Positions 28,980 through 43,508 of a DNA stretch of 64,000 nt are shown one piece after another. The DNA is from the human T2T-CHM13v2.0 reference genome, Homo sapiens: NCBI RefSeq assembly GCF_009914755.1, contig NC_060927.1, one strand, 5' to 3'. Under the pieces are notes generated by a model. The model made no database searches, had not been told where the DNA came from, and saw only the letters and a program-made list of their open reading frames with translations. The translations under genes were made by a program, and so were the position numbers. The number at the start of each line of letters is the position of its first letter. Position 1 is the first letter of the stretch.

Positions 28980-29900
28980 ATAATGAGATCCAATTATATG
29001 TAAGAATATAATATATGACAAAGAAAGCATCATAAAACAGTAAGTACAGAAAATGTAATTAGATAAATGATGCTGAGGAAATTGTTTAGTATTTTGCTTA
29101 AAAAAGAAGATACCTACTTCATACCATTTGTCCGAATAAATTCTTTTTTAGGTAAAGAGGGATCAGAATATGCAATTTTTATCACATCTTTGGAAGAACT
29201 TTACAGTTGCTAAAATGTCCAAAGAAAGAAAGAAGTCAGGTTATTTTTCTACATAAAATTAAACTCCTAAGAAAAATTAAAGTATAACATGGAAAAAATA
29301 TAACAGACACAATTAAATGATTAAGATCTATATTATATAAAGGTCTCACCAATTTAAATAAGAAAATAAAATCAAGATATCAATAGCTAAAGGAAAAAAG
29401 GTTAATAAGAAAGAATAAATTATATAAGAAGAATTACAATTAAGTTACTGAAAATGGTAAACCAGATACCTCAAACAGAAGTCTATATTAAACTGACGTA
29501 TAAGCTTATACTAATGAAAGAATGAAGAAGAAATAATTCAATAATTGAAAGGCAATGTTAAATCTGGCATACTTGTGAACTGCTACTGACAATCTGGTGC
29601 CATCCCTTGGGAAAATATTTTTCTCTATAATTCAGGTAGCATAATAGTCTTCAAACCCTTTGGCCATACCCAGAAATTCGTTCTACAGGAAGTATATTAA
29701 AATACATATATACATAAATAGAAGTATATTTACAAAAATTTATGTAATGTTATTTATAAAATGAAGAACAGGAAGAAATGTACATATCTAACATGTACAC
29801 TGTTAACATGGGGGATTGATTTAGCAAATTATAAGCACATACATAATTGAAAGAGCATTCAAGGAGAATAAGCCATTATATGAAGAAGTGCTTATGGTTT
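28980..29900 (+). mobile_element. Old L1 (L1ME-like) ORF2/3' fragment
   Basis: atatatgacaaagaaagcat...ataaatgatgctgaggaaattg...cctacttcataccat; ctacataaaattaaa; aatgttatttataaaatgaagaacagg. Confidence 0.6.
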
Positions 29901-30042
29901 AATGGTAATAATAAATATGGAGTGGAAAAATAACGATGATCAGTCCTGGAAAAGATACAGAAAACGAGAACTCTATTTTTTTAGAAGATATAATTCTGGT
30001 TTTCTCCATTTTAAAGTCTACGTTGTTGCAACAGTTTTATAG

Positions 30043-30377
30043 CAACCCCTGGGACACAGATCCAATACGGGACCATTGCCTGTTAGGAACCAAGATGCAC
30101 AGCAGGAGGTGAGTGGAGCAGCAGGTGAGCAAGCATTACTGCCTGAACTCCACCTCCTCTAAGATCAGCCATGGCATTAGATTCTCATAGGAGTGCAAAC
30201 CCTACTGTGAACTGCATATGAGAGGGATCTAGGTTGCATGCTCCTTATGAAAATCTATGTAATGCTTAACAATCTGATGTGGAACAGTTTTATCCCGAAA
30301 CCATTCCCCCTCCCATCCATGGAAAAATTGTCTTCTACAAAACTGGTCCCTGGTGCTAAAAAGGTTGGGGACTGTTG
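30043..30377 (+). mobile_element. MER1B (hAT-Charlie) non-autonomous DNA transposon
   Basis: gcctgttaggaacc...cacagcaggaggtgag...gcattagattctcatagga...ggaaaaattgtcttctacaaaactggtccctggtgctaaaaaggttggggactg; the left TIR is partly deleted. Confidence 0.9.
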
Positions 30378-30798
30378 GTATAGATGGAGTTTTCCTTGGA
30401 GGAGATTTTACTATAAATAAAATCTTGCTAAATGCATTGTTCCCAGTGTGTTGGTATCCCTGATGACAAAAGAGGGTGGAATTCTAGGCTCTTTCCATCC
30501 AAAATTGGTAGTATGGTAGGTGAGATGTTTGATGTGGGATATTGTTTACGAAACAATACATTATTCTCTACTGGACCAATCATAGCTCCATATCTTCTGA
30601 CTACATTTTACTTTGTAAGGAATGAAATACATAAAAAATTCTCTGCAAAAAGCACACAATCAAGTAATTTCATCAGTCAAAGAAAGGAAAGGCAATTGTA
30701 TTGATCAAACCAAATTTATCATTGAAAGTTTGTTACAACGCTAAGCTATCCACACATAGTTATGAACAGGGACTGAGAGATGAACACAATACATAGTA

Positions 30799-31095
30799 TT
30801 TTTTTTTTTTTTTTTTTTTTTTGAGACGGAGTCTCGCTCTGTCGCCAGGCTGGAGTGCAGTGGTGCCATCTCACTGCAACCTCCACCTCCCAGGTTCAAG
30901 TGATTGTCCTGTCTCACCCTCCTGAGTAGCTGGGGCTACACGCGCACGCCACCACGCCCAGCTAATTTTTGTATTTTTAGTACAGACAAGGTTTCACCAT
31001 GTTGGCCAGGATGGTCTCGATCTCTTGACCTTGTGATCTGCCCACCTCGGCCTCCCAAAGTGTTGGGATTACAGACGTGACCCACTGCGCCCAGC
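30799..31095 (-). mobile_element. Alu (AluSc-like)
   Basis: Long poly(T), ctgtcgccaggctgg, ggatggtctcgatctcttgacc. Confidence 0.95.
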
Positions 31096-31221
31096 TCATG
31101 TTATCTTTAAATAGGAAACACACCATTTATTGTTTGAGTTAGATTTTTATCCATAGAACTTGGAAGACATTTGTCATATCTTATTTCTGGAATAGAATCA
31201 ATGAATTATTATAATAGTCAA

Positions 31222-31420
31222 CATTTATTATTTAGTGTGTGCCAGTCACTGTAACACTTTATATTTACTTTGTTATTAGTGACAGCTATCTGATTATACA
31301 GATAAGTATACTGAGGCACACAGAAACTAAATACACCTTAGCTACACTGCTTATAAGAGGCAGAACTGAGAATCCATTTAGTCTTTTATCGAGCAGCTAA
31401 TACTCTATAAAGTACCATGC
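31222..31420 (-). mobile_element. MIR (antisense)
   Basis: acatttatt...tgtgccagtcactgt...acagataagtatactgaggcacacag...aagaggcagaactgaga. Confidence 0.65.
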
Positions 31421-31687
31421 TCTTCTTCCTCTCCAACAGTGTTTTATTTAAAATCATATAGTGCAGCTTATCTAGTATCCATAACATCTAGGATTTTATT
31501 ATGCTGACTTTTAAAATAGTTAATTTCGCCTTTATGGACACTTCTGTGGTACTTTACTGAACAATATCTTACCTCGCCTACTTACTACACAATATTAACA
31601 TAGTGAGACCATCCAACCCAAGCCTTCATTGTGCATGAATCCCAACCACATCAACTTTCAACTGCTTCTTGACCTGATAGTGTAAAT

Positions 31688-31920
31688 AGCATGGTGGAAG
31701 GTATATAACCTCTGGAGCCACAGAGCCTGAGGCTAAAAACTCTCTCCATTATTGACTGCATGTGTACTCTTGGCAAGAGGATCTTTCTAAAACTCAGTTT
31801 CCTTATTTGTAAGATGGGAATAATAACATCACAAAGTTGTAGACTTGTAGTGAAGATTAGATAAGATAATAAATATAAAGTATCTAGCCTACTGTCTGAC
31901 ATGCAATAGCACTCAATATT
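31688..31920 (+). mobile_element. MIR, near full length
   Basis: agcatggtggaagg...ctctggagccacaga...cttggcaag...ctcagtttccttatttgtaagatgggaataataac...gcactcaata. Confidence 0.8.
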
Positions 31921-32819
31921 TGACTAAAATTTCTGAACTTAATCATTTGTTGAACACATATGTATTGCCCCTAACTTGTTATAAGCCACAGTTGTGGGAG
32001 GAGATGGAGATATAGCTGTGAAAATGATAAGTGAATCCTCTGCCCTGATGGAGCTTAGATTCTCTTTAGGATAACATGGTAGAAAATAGAAATTATTCTT
32101 GGGAATAAATCAGGAAGCACATATTCAATTCGCAAGTTTACTTGTTTCAGTAGACAACTGCTCTGATGTATGAGATAGCACTAATATTCAATAACAACCA
32201 TTAGATAATGAGGTGAACCATTTATTGAGACTGGAAGTGTGAACACAGGCATAATCTAATGATATGTTAATTGTTGTTGGACATTTGCTGGTTCATAGAA
32301 ATTCACCTTGTCACCCATACAAATGTCATTTGTTATAGCTTGCAAATTTCCATTTAGGCAGGGATTACTTCTAAACCAGTGTACAACTCCTTGTAAGTAA
32401 TTAATAAATATTCATGATGCTGATATTGCTGTTAATGATGACAGATCTTGTAGACTAGAATGAGTATTTTAAAGATGAGTATGTTAATCTTATAAGACAG
32501 GGACATTCTAATATCTTCTAATATTGATTCCAATATCCCAGGAGGCTTATAATTCTTTAACATATACATATATATTTACTTGTACCTTTGAGAAATAGGG
32601 AGTGATGTCCCTGTAAGTATATGCATCAGTTTGTATTTTAAATATTTATCTACCGACCATATATAATTTTAATGCCTAACATAATTTATGTATAAGCACT
32701 TGGAATTACTGTTCTTCTGGACATGGGGAGATTCAATTTTTATTTTTGATTCTGCAAAAAGACTTTTTTTAGTTTGAATCTTCATACTTACTCACATGGT
32801 TTCACTCACACACACACTT

Positions 32820-33200
32820 AACACCAATATTTATCGAATGCCTACTATGTTCCAGGCACCATCCTGGGCCCTGAGCACACAGTAGCAAAGAAAACAAATA
32901 TTCCTTCTTTCATACATTTTCATTCCCCTGGGGAAGACAGACAACGAATTTGTATAAAATGCATAAATAACTGAAAATTTTGAGATTCTGTGAAAAATGA
33001 TCAAGATATTGTGATAAAATTTGGTCAGGAAAAGCCATTTTGAGGATTTAAAACAATTATTAACAAGATCTGAGAAAGGAGAATAAGGCTCATGTGATAA
33101 AATATGGGGAAAGAAACATTTTAAACAGAAGGAAGAGCATTTGCAAACCCCAATGGAAAAAAAGAGGCTGATATGTGCTTGCAGTTTAATGAACAAGGGA
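32820..33200 (-). mobile_element. L2a 3' fragment
   Basis: aatatttatcgaatgcctactatgttccaggcaccatcctgggccctg...aaacagaaggaagagcatttgcaaaccc. Confidence 0.75.
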
Positions 33201-33488
33201 GAAAGTGATTTAATGAAAGAATAAGTGAAAGAATGAATTTGACAATGCTTTTTCGATTAGCATTGCCTGAGTTAGTAGCTCTTCACAAGTGTGGAATCCA
33301 CTAGACAGAGCCCATATCCTCTCGAAGATGAGAAAGTCTAGGAGACTCAAGCCAGGTTGAGAGACTCAAGCCACTGTGAGACTTCTCACATTCCTTAAGC
33401 TTTCTTTCACTACTTCTGCATCCCTGCTGCATCCTTTTTCTCTCTGTATATGGATGTTCTTCTTCTATGACAAACTGATTGACCCATT

Positions 33489-33846
33489 TGATATGGTTTT
33501 GCCATGTCCCCATCCAAATCTCACTTGAATTGTAGCTCCCAGAATTCCCATGTGTTGTGGGAGGGACCTGGTGGGAGACAGCTGAATCACGGGGGCGGTT
33601 CCCCATACTGTTCTCATGGTAACGAATAAGTTTCATAAGATCTGATGGTTTTATAAATGGGAATTCCCTTGCAAAAGCCCTCTTGCCTGCCGCCATGTAA
33701 GACATGCCTTTGCTTCTCCTTTGTCTTCTGCCATGATTGTGAGGCCTCCTCAGCCATGGAACTGTAAGTCAATTAAACCTCTTTCTTTTATAAATTACCC
33801 AGTCTTGTGTATGTCTTAATTAGAAGCATGAGAACAGACTAATACA
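33489..33846 (+). mobile_element. THE1B MaLR solo LTR
   Basis: tgatatggttttgccatgtccccatccaaatctcacttgaattgtagctccc ... gagaacagactaataca, 358 bp; perfect TSD ccatt (33484-33488 and 33847-33851). Confidence 0.95.
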
Positions 33847-35659
33847 CCATTCCTTTCCCATTGGACTCACAACACATTTTCATGGGGATACCTTCTATTA
33901 TAAATCGAACATCACCTTAGCATTATGGTGTTATTATTTTATTCCTTTCAGCACATATGCACTTTACACAGTGTCTGAATTTAGCTACATATCATTTTGA
34001 AAGTGCTCATGAGATTTTTGTGTGCTGAACTTTGTAATGTTTGATAAATTATGAGGTTTTGGAGGCAGGATTTTGACCATCGTTACCCAGTTCAATGGTC
34101 AGCACAGAGGGAGAAATGCCAATTCTTGGCGTCCCTAGGATTTACTACATAGATGGACAAATTGATAAAGAGATAAAACTAGAGTTATTAAATATATATA
34201 CATATATTCACCTTACATGTATAGTGTGTTCATATATAGTATATATTTACTAAATACATATATCTATATGTACAGGTAGTATGAGTATATTTACTCATAT
34301 GTATCTATTTTTAATCTATCCATCCATCCATTCGTCTGTCCATCCTTTCATCCATTTTTTAGATAGATATAGTAAAATGGTGGAGGGGATACCAACAACA
34401 ATCAGCACTTAATTTGGGAGGATTCCTTATCAGAAATCTTATGAAAGTGAATGTAAAAATGGGCTTTGGAAATGCTAACTTTTCTGCTGATTATTTGCAA
34501 GCTTGAATTCCTATTGATAATGGGAGTGAAAACATAGGGCGACTTGAAGAAAGGGCTTGAGGGCAGTGTGAATAACAAGCAAACATCGGTGAGTGCATGG
34601 GAAGAAAACAACTCTGGAAGAGGTGGTCTGCTACGGAGACTTTTCTCACCTTTTGCTGGGGAATGGAGAGAAGAGCGGAAATGCCAACACTATTGAAATG
34701 TGAGAGAAGGCAGGTAAAAATGCTGCTGGGACCTCTGCTACCCTCCCTAAAATCAGGACTGCAATGCTTATGGGCATCCAGGAGGCAGTTTTTGTGCCTG
34801 GCAGGCCCTGTTGGGACTGAGCTAAAAGGAGAAGAAAACATTTTCTACAAGGCAAGTGCGATCGGCTTCTTCCCAAACAAGTCACTGAATAATTTAGAAA
34901 GAGTTAGACTGAAGAGTTGCAGGCTGTTGTTATACCAATTCTATTAGTTTCATGCAATTCCTTGGACTTGTTTAAACACAGGAAATATGTTAAGAACCTC
35001 AAGAAACACAAATCAGTCCTATTTTCACACTGTGTGTTCTGATGCTTGTTAAGATATACTTATCAACTTAGTGCTAGGTAAATATTAAATAACAGTTATC
35101 AATACACATAAGCAAAACCAAACATGTGTCATTTAGAAACAAGATACAGAGATTTAACAAAATGCATTTAACAAATTTTAGAGTATGTGTGTTCCATTTT
35201 GTTAACAACAAAACAACTCACTAATTTTTAATAGACATTTTGATGGGTAAAAGGCTTTTTGAGACCCCTGCTGACAGCAGAGGAGAACTGCATCCAGATG
35301 TTCATTACTTACTAGAAACTGAATACCTAATTCTCCTCATTAACTGAGACATCATAAATATGTGTCATTTTTGAGATGTGGAAGATACATTCCTATAAGA
35401 TAAACATATAAATGTAAATTATTGAAAGAAGGCTATTTACATAGGGGTTTTTTTTGCTTAAGGTTTATAGGTCTCTTAAAATTGCTACATGTGTTACATA
35501 ATTTCAAATTCATATTTTGGTTTATTTTTTAAAAGCATGAAAACTATAGAACTCTTCAGAAACGTATCTATTGTGAGAAAAAGAATACTTAGAATTTTCA
35601 AAGATGCGGTATTCTAATAAAAAATAACAATGCTAATTTTATCTGAAAAATACATGTAC

Positions 35660-35935
35660 CTCAATAATTTTATCAAGGGCATGTTTTGTGCTAGATACTA
35701 CTCTTTATGTTAGGAATATAAGCAATTGTATAAGATACTTACAGATTGCAGTAAGTGGTAAAAAATATAACATGAAGAGGGAATAGTGATGAGAAGGTAA
35801 CTATATAGGGGAGTGGTCAGGGAGTGCTTCACTGAAGATGTAAAATATGAACTGAAACCTATATCCTGATTTAAAATAGCTTTGCAGATGTTTTAGGTAA
35901 ATAGCAGCAAGCGAACAATACCAAAGGTAAGAGCA
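35660..35935 (-). mobile_element. L2 fragment
   Basis: tgtgctagatact...taggggagtggtcagggagtgcttcactgaagatgtaaaatatgaactgaaacct. Confidence 0.55.
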
Positions 35936-36054
35936 GAAGGTAATCATGTAAACATAAAGGTTGGATATAATAGAAATCAAGCGTGGCTCAGCTTCCACTA
36001 GGTATACAAATTGGGTCTTTGTGTTCTCCTCTCTTAAAGGCAGCTAGATGTGTA

Positions 36055-36280
36055 AAAAAAACTCAGGGTCTTTGAAATCAGACAAACAAAACTTGAGAAC
36101 AGTCCTTAGGCTACCCTTAATAAACCTGTGACAAGTTTCTGAACCTCTCTTAGATAGCTGTCTCATCGGTAAATTATTGAAGACTGTACCTACTCAAAAG
36201 GTTTTTTTGATAATACAAAAAACATACACTGATATGCTATGTGAAATGCCTAAGTATAGTAGGTGCTCAGTAATTTTTCA
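36055..36280 (+). mobile_element. MIR
   Basis: gggtctttgaaatcagacaaac...acaagtttctgaacctctct...gtacctactca...tagtaggtgctcagtaa. Confidence 0.65.
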
Positions 36281-37944
36281 TTATTCTTTCCTTTGATTCA
36301 AGGGTTCCCTGGGACTCACCTCACTAGTAAGTCTCAGCTCGGCTGTGAGAGTCAATGAGATGTAGTGGAGTAATGATGTCCAGAGGGCAGGCAGGCAGTT
36401 AGGTGTGAAGTTGAGTTAGCGAATACCCAAGAACAAAGATGCCACTTTAGTCCTCTTTGTAAACCCCAGGTCTAACATAGGGCCTGACATAGAGTAAGGA
36501 TAAATAAAAATGAGACTCAGAAATAACTAGCTCTGGTTAATCCGTAAAAGATATTATATGGCCCTAAATTCAAGTGAAAAAATGACCAAGACTTAATGAT
36601 TTCAATGGTTCCCAAACACGAATGATCTGTGAGACTATGACTTCATTGCTTTGAGCTGTGGAAACAATGATATGGGTAAGTCATGTACCAGCACAAATCC
36701 TTAAGAAATGACTTTTGCTAAGAGGTAGTTTATAATTGATCACAGAAAGCTATGCCTATTTGAGCATACCTACAGGTAATTAGCTAAACGTTTCCCAAAT
36801 GCTGCCGTGTGATGATAAAGGAAAACAACCTTGAAATATTTTTGTGATGGCAATTGCTTTCTGATGTAAGGGAACTTCCTTTATGTTGAGATGGTGTTGT
36901 TCCTATATTTTGAAAATAAAACTGCCCTTTCATTCAAGAAATTTAGTGATAGTAAATGGGATATTTTATTAAATTTATTTGGAAAAATAAGAAACTGGCA
37001 ACTCATGGGGAGAACATCAATTTTATTTAATGTGATATCCATCCCCAGAGAGGTGTGGAAAATTCTGGTATAGCTAATTAAAGCAAGAGTAGATTCAAAG
37101 AGGGAGAGGTTTGATGTGAGCTTCACAAGGGAAGGAGGAAGTAGAAATTACTTTTTGCACTCAAGCATACAGGGAAGGAGAGGCATAAAAGACAGCAGCG
37201 GGGGCACTGATGCAGAAGTTACATTATGGATTCAGGTCCAATGCAAAACTGACCAAGTAAAGACTTATATATAGTAAAGCCCCCTCTCTTGTGGGGGAGT
37301 TGGGAGACTGCAAGCTTTTTAGTAACCATGGATTAATGTCAGTCAGGAAAACTGAGACTGAGGATGAGGGAGATGGGTAGAAAGAAAGACCTGTTATTTA
37401 AAATGTCTGCATTATTGTTGATTCTCTGACTCAATTTCTCAAAATCTAACTGGGATAAGAATAAAGCCTAAACATAAAAGAGTAGAGAAAGGTGCAAGGA
37501 GAATCAGGTGAGCACCCTAAAAATGTCTTAGTACAGGACTTATCAGGGTTCCTGGCTCTATAGAGATTCATGTTCAACCTCAATTAGCCATTCTGCTTTC
37601 CCCAAATTCCAGAACTATCTCCTTCTTAAGACAACTTGACTAGAAAATGAAAGCTCTTTAAACCTTTGCTTCCTTCCTTCACTTTTTCAATTGCCTGCTC
37701 TATATATCTTCAATCTAGACTTTCTGAGACAAAAATTATCGTCCCTCATCAGATAAACTACTCAGTGTCCTGTCTGTGCTTCTGTAATCAGATTGCATTA
37801 TGATAATTTTTACTCACGGATATGTGGCTAAATATTCACACACCATTTTGGAGTGCAGTATATGCTGAGTGCTTAGGTGCTTACCCTTTTTATCCACAAG
37901 ACCACCATTATCTTGAAGGTCCTGGTGACAATTTATCTCTCTAG

Positions 37945-38395
37945 CATAGTGGCAGGGCTGGATATGAATCCCAGTACCACCACTAACTAGATGTGTGAAT
38001 GTGGGTAAGTGATTTAACATATTGATGCCTCTGTTTCTTTACGTATAGGGAATAATAATATTGACTTGCTCCAGAGTTTTTTGTGAGATTAAATATTTAG
38101 AAGAGCAGCTGATAGTTAGTAATGACCAGTAAGTGTTCGCTATTGTTGTTGGTGGAGGTGTTATTAAAAGTGTAAACTCTGAAAGAGTATTTCCTGGGCT
38201 CAATTCCCAGCCCCATCATTTCTTAGCTGAGTTATTTTAAGCAAATTACTTGACCTCTCTGCATCTCAGTTGCCTCAATTGCAGAGATGGGGATGATCAA
38301 ACTTACTTCAATGGGTTTAGGAAAGACTAGGAAGATTAATATATTTAAAGCCCTTAGAACAACATTGGCCACGTATAAAGTGCTCAGCTTCCTAT
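37945..38395 (+). mobile_element. Two tandem MIRs
   Basis: Two MIR cores: gaatcccagtaccaccactaactag...gcctctgtttc (~37965-38040) and cctgggctcaattcccagcccc...catctcagttgcctc (~38193-38280). Confidence 0.8.
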
Positions 38396-39003
38396 TATGA
38401 ATCAAAACTATTTTTGCTTAAATCTTTTTACTCTCTGAGTTATGAATTTAGGTTAGTTCTACATCCAAGATAAATCTCAATTAATTCTTCTTTTTTCTTT
38501 TCCCATTTCCTCCTGTCTCCCTCTCTTCTTTCCTTCTACTCTTTTCTTCACTTTTCTCTCTCTCTTCTTCTCAGTTTTTATTTTTGTAATTTGAAATCAA
38601 TGTGCAAGCCAGAGCTTCTTTAGGAAAGACCATTCCTGAGAGAACAACAGGTAATCACTTTAAGAAAAAAAAAAAAACTATTTTAAAAGAAGTACAGTCC
38701 TGTGATACTTTTCTGAAAAAAGGAACATCTGCAGCTATTTGTCCTGGCATAACTTTGCTCAATCAAAATTGAATCAGAACGTTGCTAGGGGAAGTGAAAC
38801 AGCATGTCTGCCCTCTCCCCTCCATGAACTGCTAAGATTGTGTCTTTTTGCAGAAGTAGGTATGTTGGGTTATCTAGTCAAGTTCTCAAGTAAACTCCTA
38901 GTAGTTACGTAGGCGATATATTGAGAATTAATAACATTAGTTCAATCATTTGATGAATGTGAAAGGCAGAGAGAAATATATTTAGTGTTTAAGAATAGCA
39001 TTC

Positions 39004-39319
<316 letters not shown>

Positions 39320-39409
39320 AAGAATAGAATTCCAAAGCTACAACTGAGAGTCTCACAGAGGAGAGAAAAGATCAAGGCTGGCAAATACCAGAAGCGAGAA
39401 TAGAGGTCT

Positions 39410-39586
39410 AAAGAGGAAAGTGTTTTCTAATAAATTCATCCAAAGACAGAATGAAGACTATCTTGGATTTGAGGGAAGTGTTCAGACATAGGCTAGCTCA
39501 TTACTAGAGAAGGATGACACATAAAACTGCATAGCACTGAAGTTTAGGTTCAGATGACCTGAGATCCTCACAAGTCTAAGACTCTT
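39410..39586 (+). mobile_element. CR1/L3 3' fragment
   Basis: aggaaagtgttttctaataa...tccaaagacagaatg...ggaagtgttcagacataggct...agatgacct. Confidence 0.45.
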
Positions 39587-40419
39587 GGTGGTCTAATATG
39601 CATTTGAGAAAATAAATCATTCAGAATAAAACTTAAAACTCAAATAGCCACATAATTTGAAGCAATTCTGAATTGTGGATGCTTTATTTCCCTTCAGCAA
39701 TCTAAGACATTTCTTTAATTTTTTTCTACTTTCCTTTACACATATGGCCCAGCCTGTATATGCAAAAGTAATTTACAATTCTAGCCTTCCTAATTTGAAA
39801 TTCTACAAGTCCAAGAGAGTAACCAGATTATGAAAACACTTGATGAATCGCGCAAACCAGCAGTTAAATACTATAGTTTAAAAACTTTAGTCAAAAATAT
39901 TTCTTTTCCTTCAGGAAGAAATATGAATGTTAAACATGTGGTGCCGTGTGGAAGCAAAGCTCCATAATTAATCTATAGAGCCATCACCACTGTCAAAAGC
40001 AGAAAGGCCCCAGAGGAAATAATTTTTGTATAGAATGATGGCAGCATTAGTGACAGCAGTAATGATAAGACACTGAAAAGTATGTGAAAATTTCCTTTAC
40101 AATCCTGTGTGAGGTTTAATTATAAAAACTAGTATCTTGGACACTTAACTATTTTTTTTCAGAGGGAATCAGAGCTATTTCCATGAATTAATGTCTTAAT
40201 CCCCACAACAATGAGGTCGTGGTCATCTAGTTGGTAAGTTGGAGGAAGAGGTTATGGATGGAGGCTCTCTAATTGCAGTACACGTGTGTATCAACCCAGA
40301 CTACTACCTCCTAGAGCCTAACTTGAGGTATGATTGAAAGAACATCCTCTTCTGGGGAACAGCCACAATACCTACCATATGTTCCTGGAATAATTACTTT
40401 CTTTCTGCATAAATGTGAG

Positions 40420-40503
40420 TTGCCCTGGTAAGACAATGCTTGAAATGCTAAGTTCAATTCTAAGTCCCATCATGAAGGATATGGACCAACTGGAGTACAT
40501 TCT
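40420..40503 (+). mobile_element. CR1/L3 ORF2 fragment
   Basis: gccctggtaagac...gttcaattctaagtccca...aaggatatggaccaactggagtacattc resembles the L3 consensus. Confidence 0.5.
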
Positions 40504-42069
40504 ATACATTTTATCAGTGAAGATTAAAGAAAACATACAATTTCTCCAAAATGTCTTAGGTACTAACCACATAAATACTAGAGAAAAATGAATTTTGTGT
40601 ATACGTGTTTGTGTGTAAAGAGTTCTGCAAAAATCAATTAAAATGTTTAGGTTAATGTATTATTTTTATGGAAGAAATTTCCACGTATAGTCACTTTATC
40701 ATTATTCTGCTTCATAAGAACACAGAACCATTGGAGAATTTCCTTCTCTTCCTCTAATCCTTGACAGTATTACACATCAAACTTCTTCAGATTTGGTCAG
40801 TGTATTTCCTCCTGTGATTATACATGGTTTCTATGGACTTCCTTTCAGTCTCTAGTATGAGGGGAAATGATAAAACCCATAAAAATAACCACTACGCAGT
40901 TTTAAAAGCACTCTCACATTACATTATTGGTTGGAGGTTTTTGTTTTTTAGTCTTAAAGTTATGAAAACACATACACCCATCTACCTTACTATCTGTTTT
41001 ATTCTACCCTTGCTCTCATCTTGACCTAAGCCAACAAACTTGAAACAAATAAATCTGGTTTGGAAAAGAGAATGTAATGGGTACCATATATGTTCCTAGC
41101 TTATCCTATATTTTCCCGAAAACAATCAACATAGATAGCCCGAGGCAGACCATTTCATCGTACATGCAACTTCTGAAAGTAGACAATTATTACCAGAGAA
41201 CTTATGCCTTACTCATTAAGAGAGAAAGTGTGACAGAAATCACATTGGCACTAGGAGAAATTGACTACTCGGCAAAAATATCTCCTGCCTCATTATGGTC
41301 TTCTCTTCTTGTTCTTCCAGTAGAATGACTCCTGCCTGCTACATTTCCCCAGATACCCAGGACCTTCATGCTGTCACTCTCCATGACCTGACCAACATCT
41401 ATTTTGAGAAATTATTTTATATACTCATTCAAACAGGTGTGTAAAGAATCAACACAGGTTTTAAGAAGCATCAAAGCTTTGTACTCAAATGAAACAGTTC
41501 AGAGGAGCATAAACATTAACTTAATAATGCTACTTGTGGGAAGCATATCTTATAAATCCATAGCTAGTGTCTTTGAGAATATAAGCAAAATAAAGGAGAT
41601 GGTGAGGATTTAGAAATTCTTTTGGGTGATGATGAAAATGGGAATATTTTTGAAGTAGTGTCTGCCACTCAGATGTTTTGAACTGCTATAGAGGATAGAT
41701 TATGTGAAGTGAAAACAGGAGATGGACCCAAATTACAGACACGTTTTAGTATAGACCTGCATGACACTGATATGTAGGAAAAAAATAAACAGGGCTATAG
41801 ACCTGCCCAATGGAGGCTTGCTCAGCATCACTGAGTGGTCAGCAACCATAAGAAATTCAGTATCTTTTATCATCACTGCCCTAGGCACATGGACGTAGGC
41901 TCTGTCACAGAGCTATTCTGTAAAGGGACACCACACCGAGCTGGGACACCACATAGAGAACACATTCCTGAAATAGACAAGTCCCCACAACTCATATACC
42001 ACTGAAATAGTCACACCATGCACTAAGGATATCCTATTTACTGTTGTTTAGTGGTTATCATGGGATGGT

Positions 42070-42605
42070 AGATAAGGGCGTAGACTTGGAGTCACATACA
42101 TCTGGCTTCAAATCAGACTCTGCCACTCTCTAGCTGCATCACACAGTCTTGTAGAGTCACTTATCTGAGCGCTATTTCTTCAACTATAAAATAAAAAAGA
42201 AAAGATACAGTCCTTGAGGGGTTATTATGGGAGTACAATTAGATAACGTATGTACATCCCCTGGGATGTAATCCTTAGTAAGAGATTAAAAATTACAGTG
42301 ATAATAATGATATTTATGATTTAAAAAGATACTACCAAAGTAGGTATGCTTAACTCAAAGGTAAAGAAATTTTAGATCTCTCAGTCTAAGGCCAATATTC
42401 ATAGTGGTTTACAGCAACAAGCTTGAAGATCAAATATTTTGGAAAAATTACTCAAATATTTTACAACAAAGTTTCCTATCTAAAAAGCGATCAATAACCA
42501 TGCCTGTCTCAAACTTTTATTGTGCAGTTTAAATAAACACATGTAACCATGTAGAATGGTGCCTGGCACAGAGGAAGCAGTACATAAATGTTAGCTATTA
42601 TTCTT
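42070..42605 (+). mobile_element. Two MIR fragments
   Basis: gacttggagtcacatacatctggcttcaaatcagactctgccact (42083-42127); gaatggtgcctggcacagaggaagcagtacataaatgttagctatt (42554-42599). Confidence 0.7.
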
Positions 42606-43167
42606 ACTGCTCTTCTTGCCCACAGTGGAGGTGAGAGCATGGCAGAAATATGAAGACTCATCCTGGTAAAAAAATGTCACAGTTCTCTAAAAAAATGGTG
42701 AGAAGTGAGTGCTGGAAGGGAAGGCTTCATTACTTTCATGCTTGAAATACTCTTTCTTTGGTCACTCACTGGTTCACTTGCCCAGTTAGCAATACAGGAG
42801 CCCAGCTGAGATCCCAGCAGTCACACTCCAAAAGTTGCTTCATTAGGACCTAGCCAGTTTGGCAACACTTAATCACAACTGGATCTTTTCTACTGAGAAT
42901 CTATAACTAATGTCTAATAATAAAACCATCTGTTACTTTTTATAATACGGTTGTAAACAACATCAAGAGTTTGGCAATTAAAATTCTCTGTTAGGTAGTC
43001 GTTCACATTTACATGGAAATCATAAAGACACAACAAAATCAATGCCTAAAAGAAGCTATGACATTGATATTTCCAGGCTCAGAACATCATTACCATCACC
43101 ATTACTACCACCACCACCACCACAACCACCTTAACTTCTTCCTCTTTTTTTCTTCTCCTCCTTCATC

Positions 43168-43420
43168 AGCTACCATTTATTGATAATCTATGATGTATCA
43201 GGAATTTTACAAATAATATTTCATGAAATTTTATTCTCAGCATATTCATTATAACTTCAGAAAATAATTACCATTATATCCAGTTTACCTATTAAAAAAT
43301 AACTGAGACCCAGCAAGATTAAGTGCCTGACTCCACATCATAAGATGGTAAAAGGTAGAACCTAGGTTTAGGCTCTGACTTTATGACTCTAAAGCTAGTG
43401 CTCTTTTTATATCGTGCTAT
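43168..43420 (-). mobile_element. MIR (antisense), preceded by (CAC)n low-complexity sequence
   Basis: agctaccatttattga...aactgagacccagcaagattaagtg...gactctaaagctagtgctct. Confidence 0.7.
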
Positions 43421-43506
43421 ACAAATATTATGATAAAATCCATGATGCTATAGTGGAGCTGACATGAATTCGAAATCTCATGGTTGCTTTCTTTACATCA
43501 GTACTA

Positions 43507-43508
<2 letters not shown>

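Noticed and set aside
29140-29160. Plus-strand TTCTTTTTTAG|GTAAAG
   Set aside because: Short tract, weaker donor, and inside an L1 fragment.
33342-33373. Short spaced direct repeats (13 bp here; also 41925-41953 and 62338-62369) as CRISPR-like units
   Set aside because: Only two copies each, in eukaryotic DNA with no cas genes; ordinary small duplications.
34502-34594. Plus-strand donor TCG|GTGAGT with a putative 87-nt exon
   Set aside because: Weak AAG acceptor and stops in all three frames.
38487-38572. Long pyrimidine tract as H-DNA (similar at 3068-3160 and 63360-63437)
   Set aside because: Low-complexity sequence without a clear mirror repeat; common in mammalian DNA.
38624-38650. Possible 27-nt plus-strand microexon (ttctttag|GAAAGA...CAACAG|gtaatc)
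   Set aside because: Moderate splice sites, competing upstream AGs, no recognisable peptide; unsupported without RNA data.
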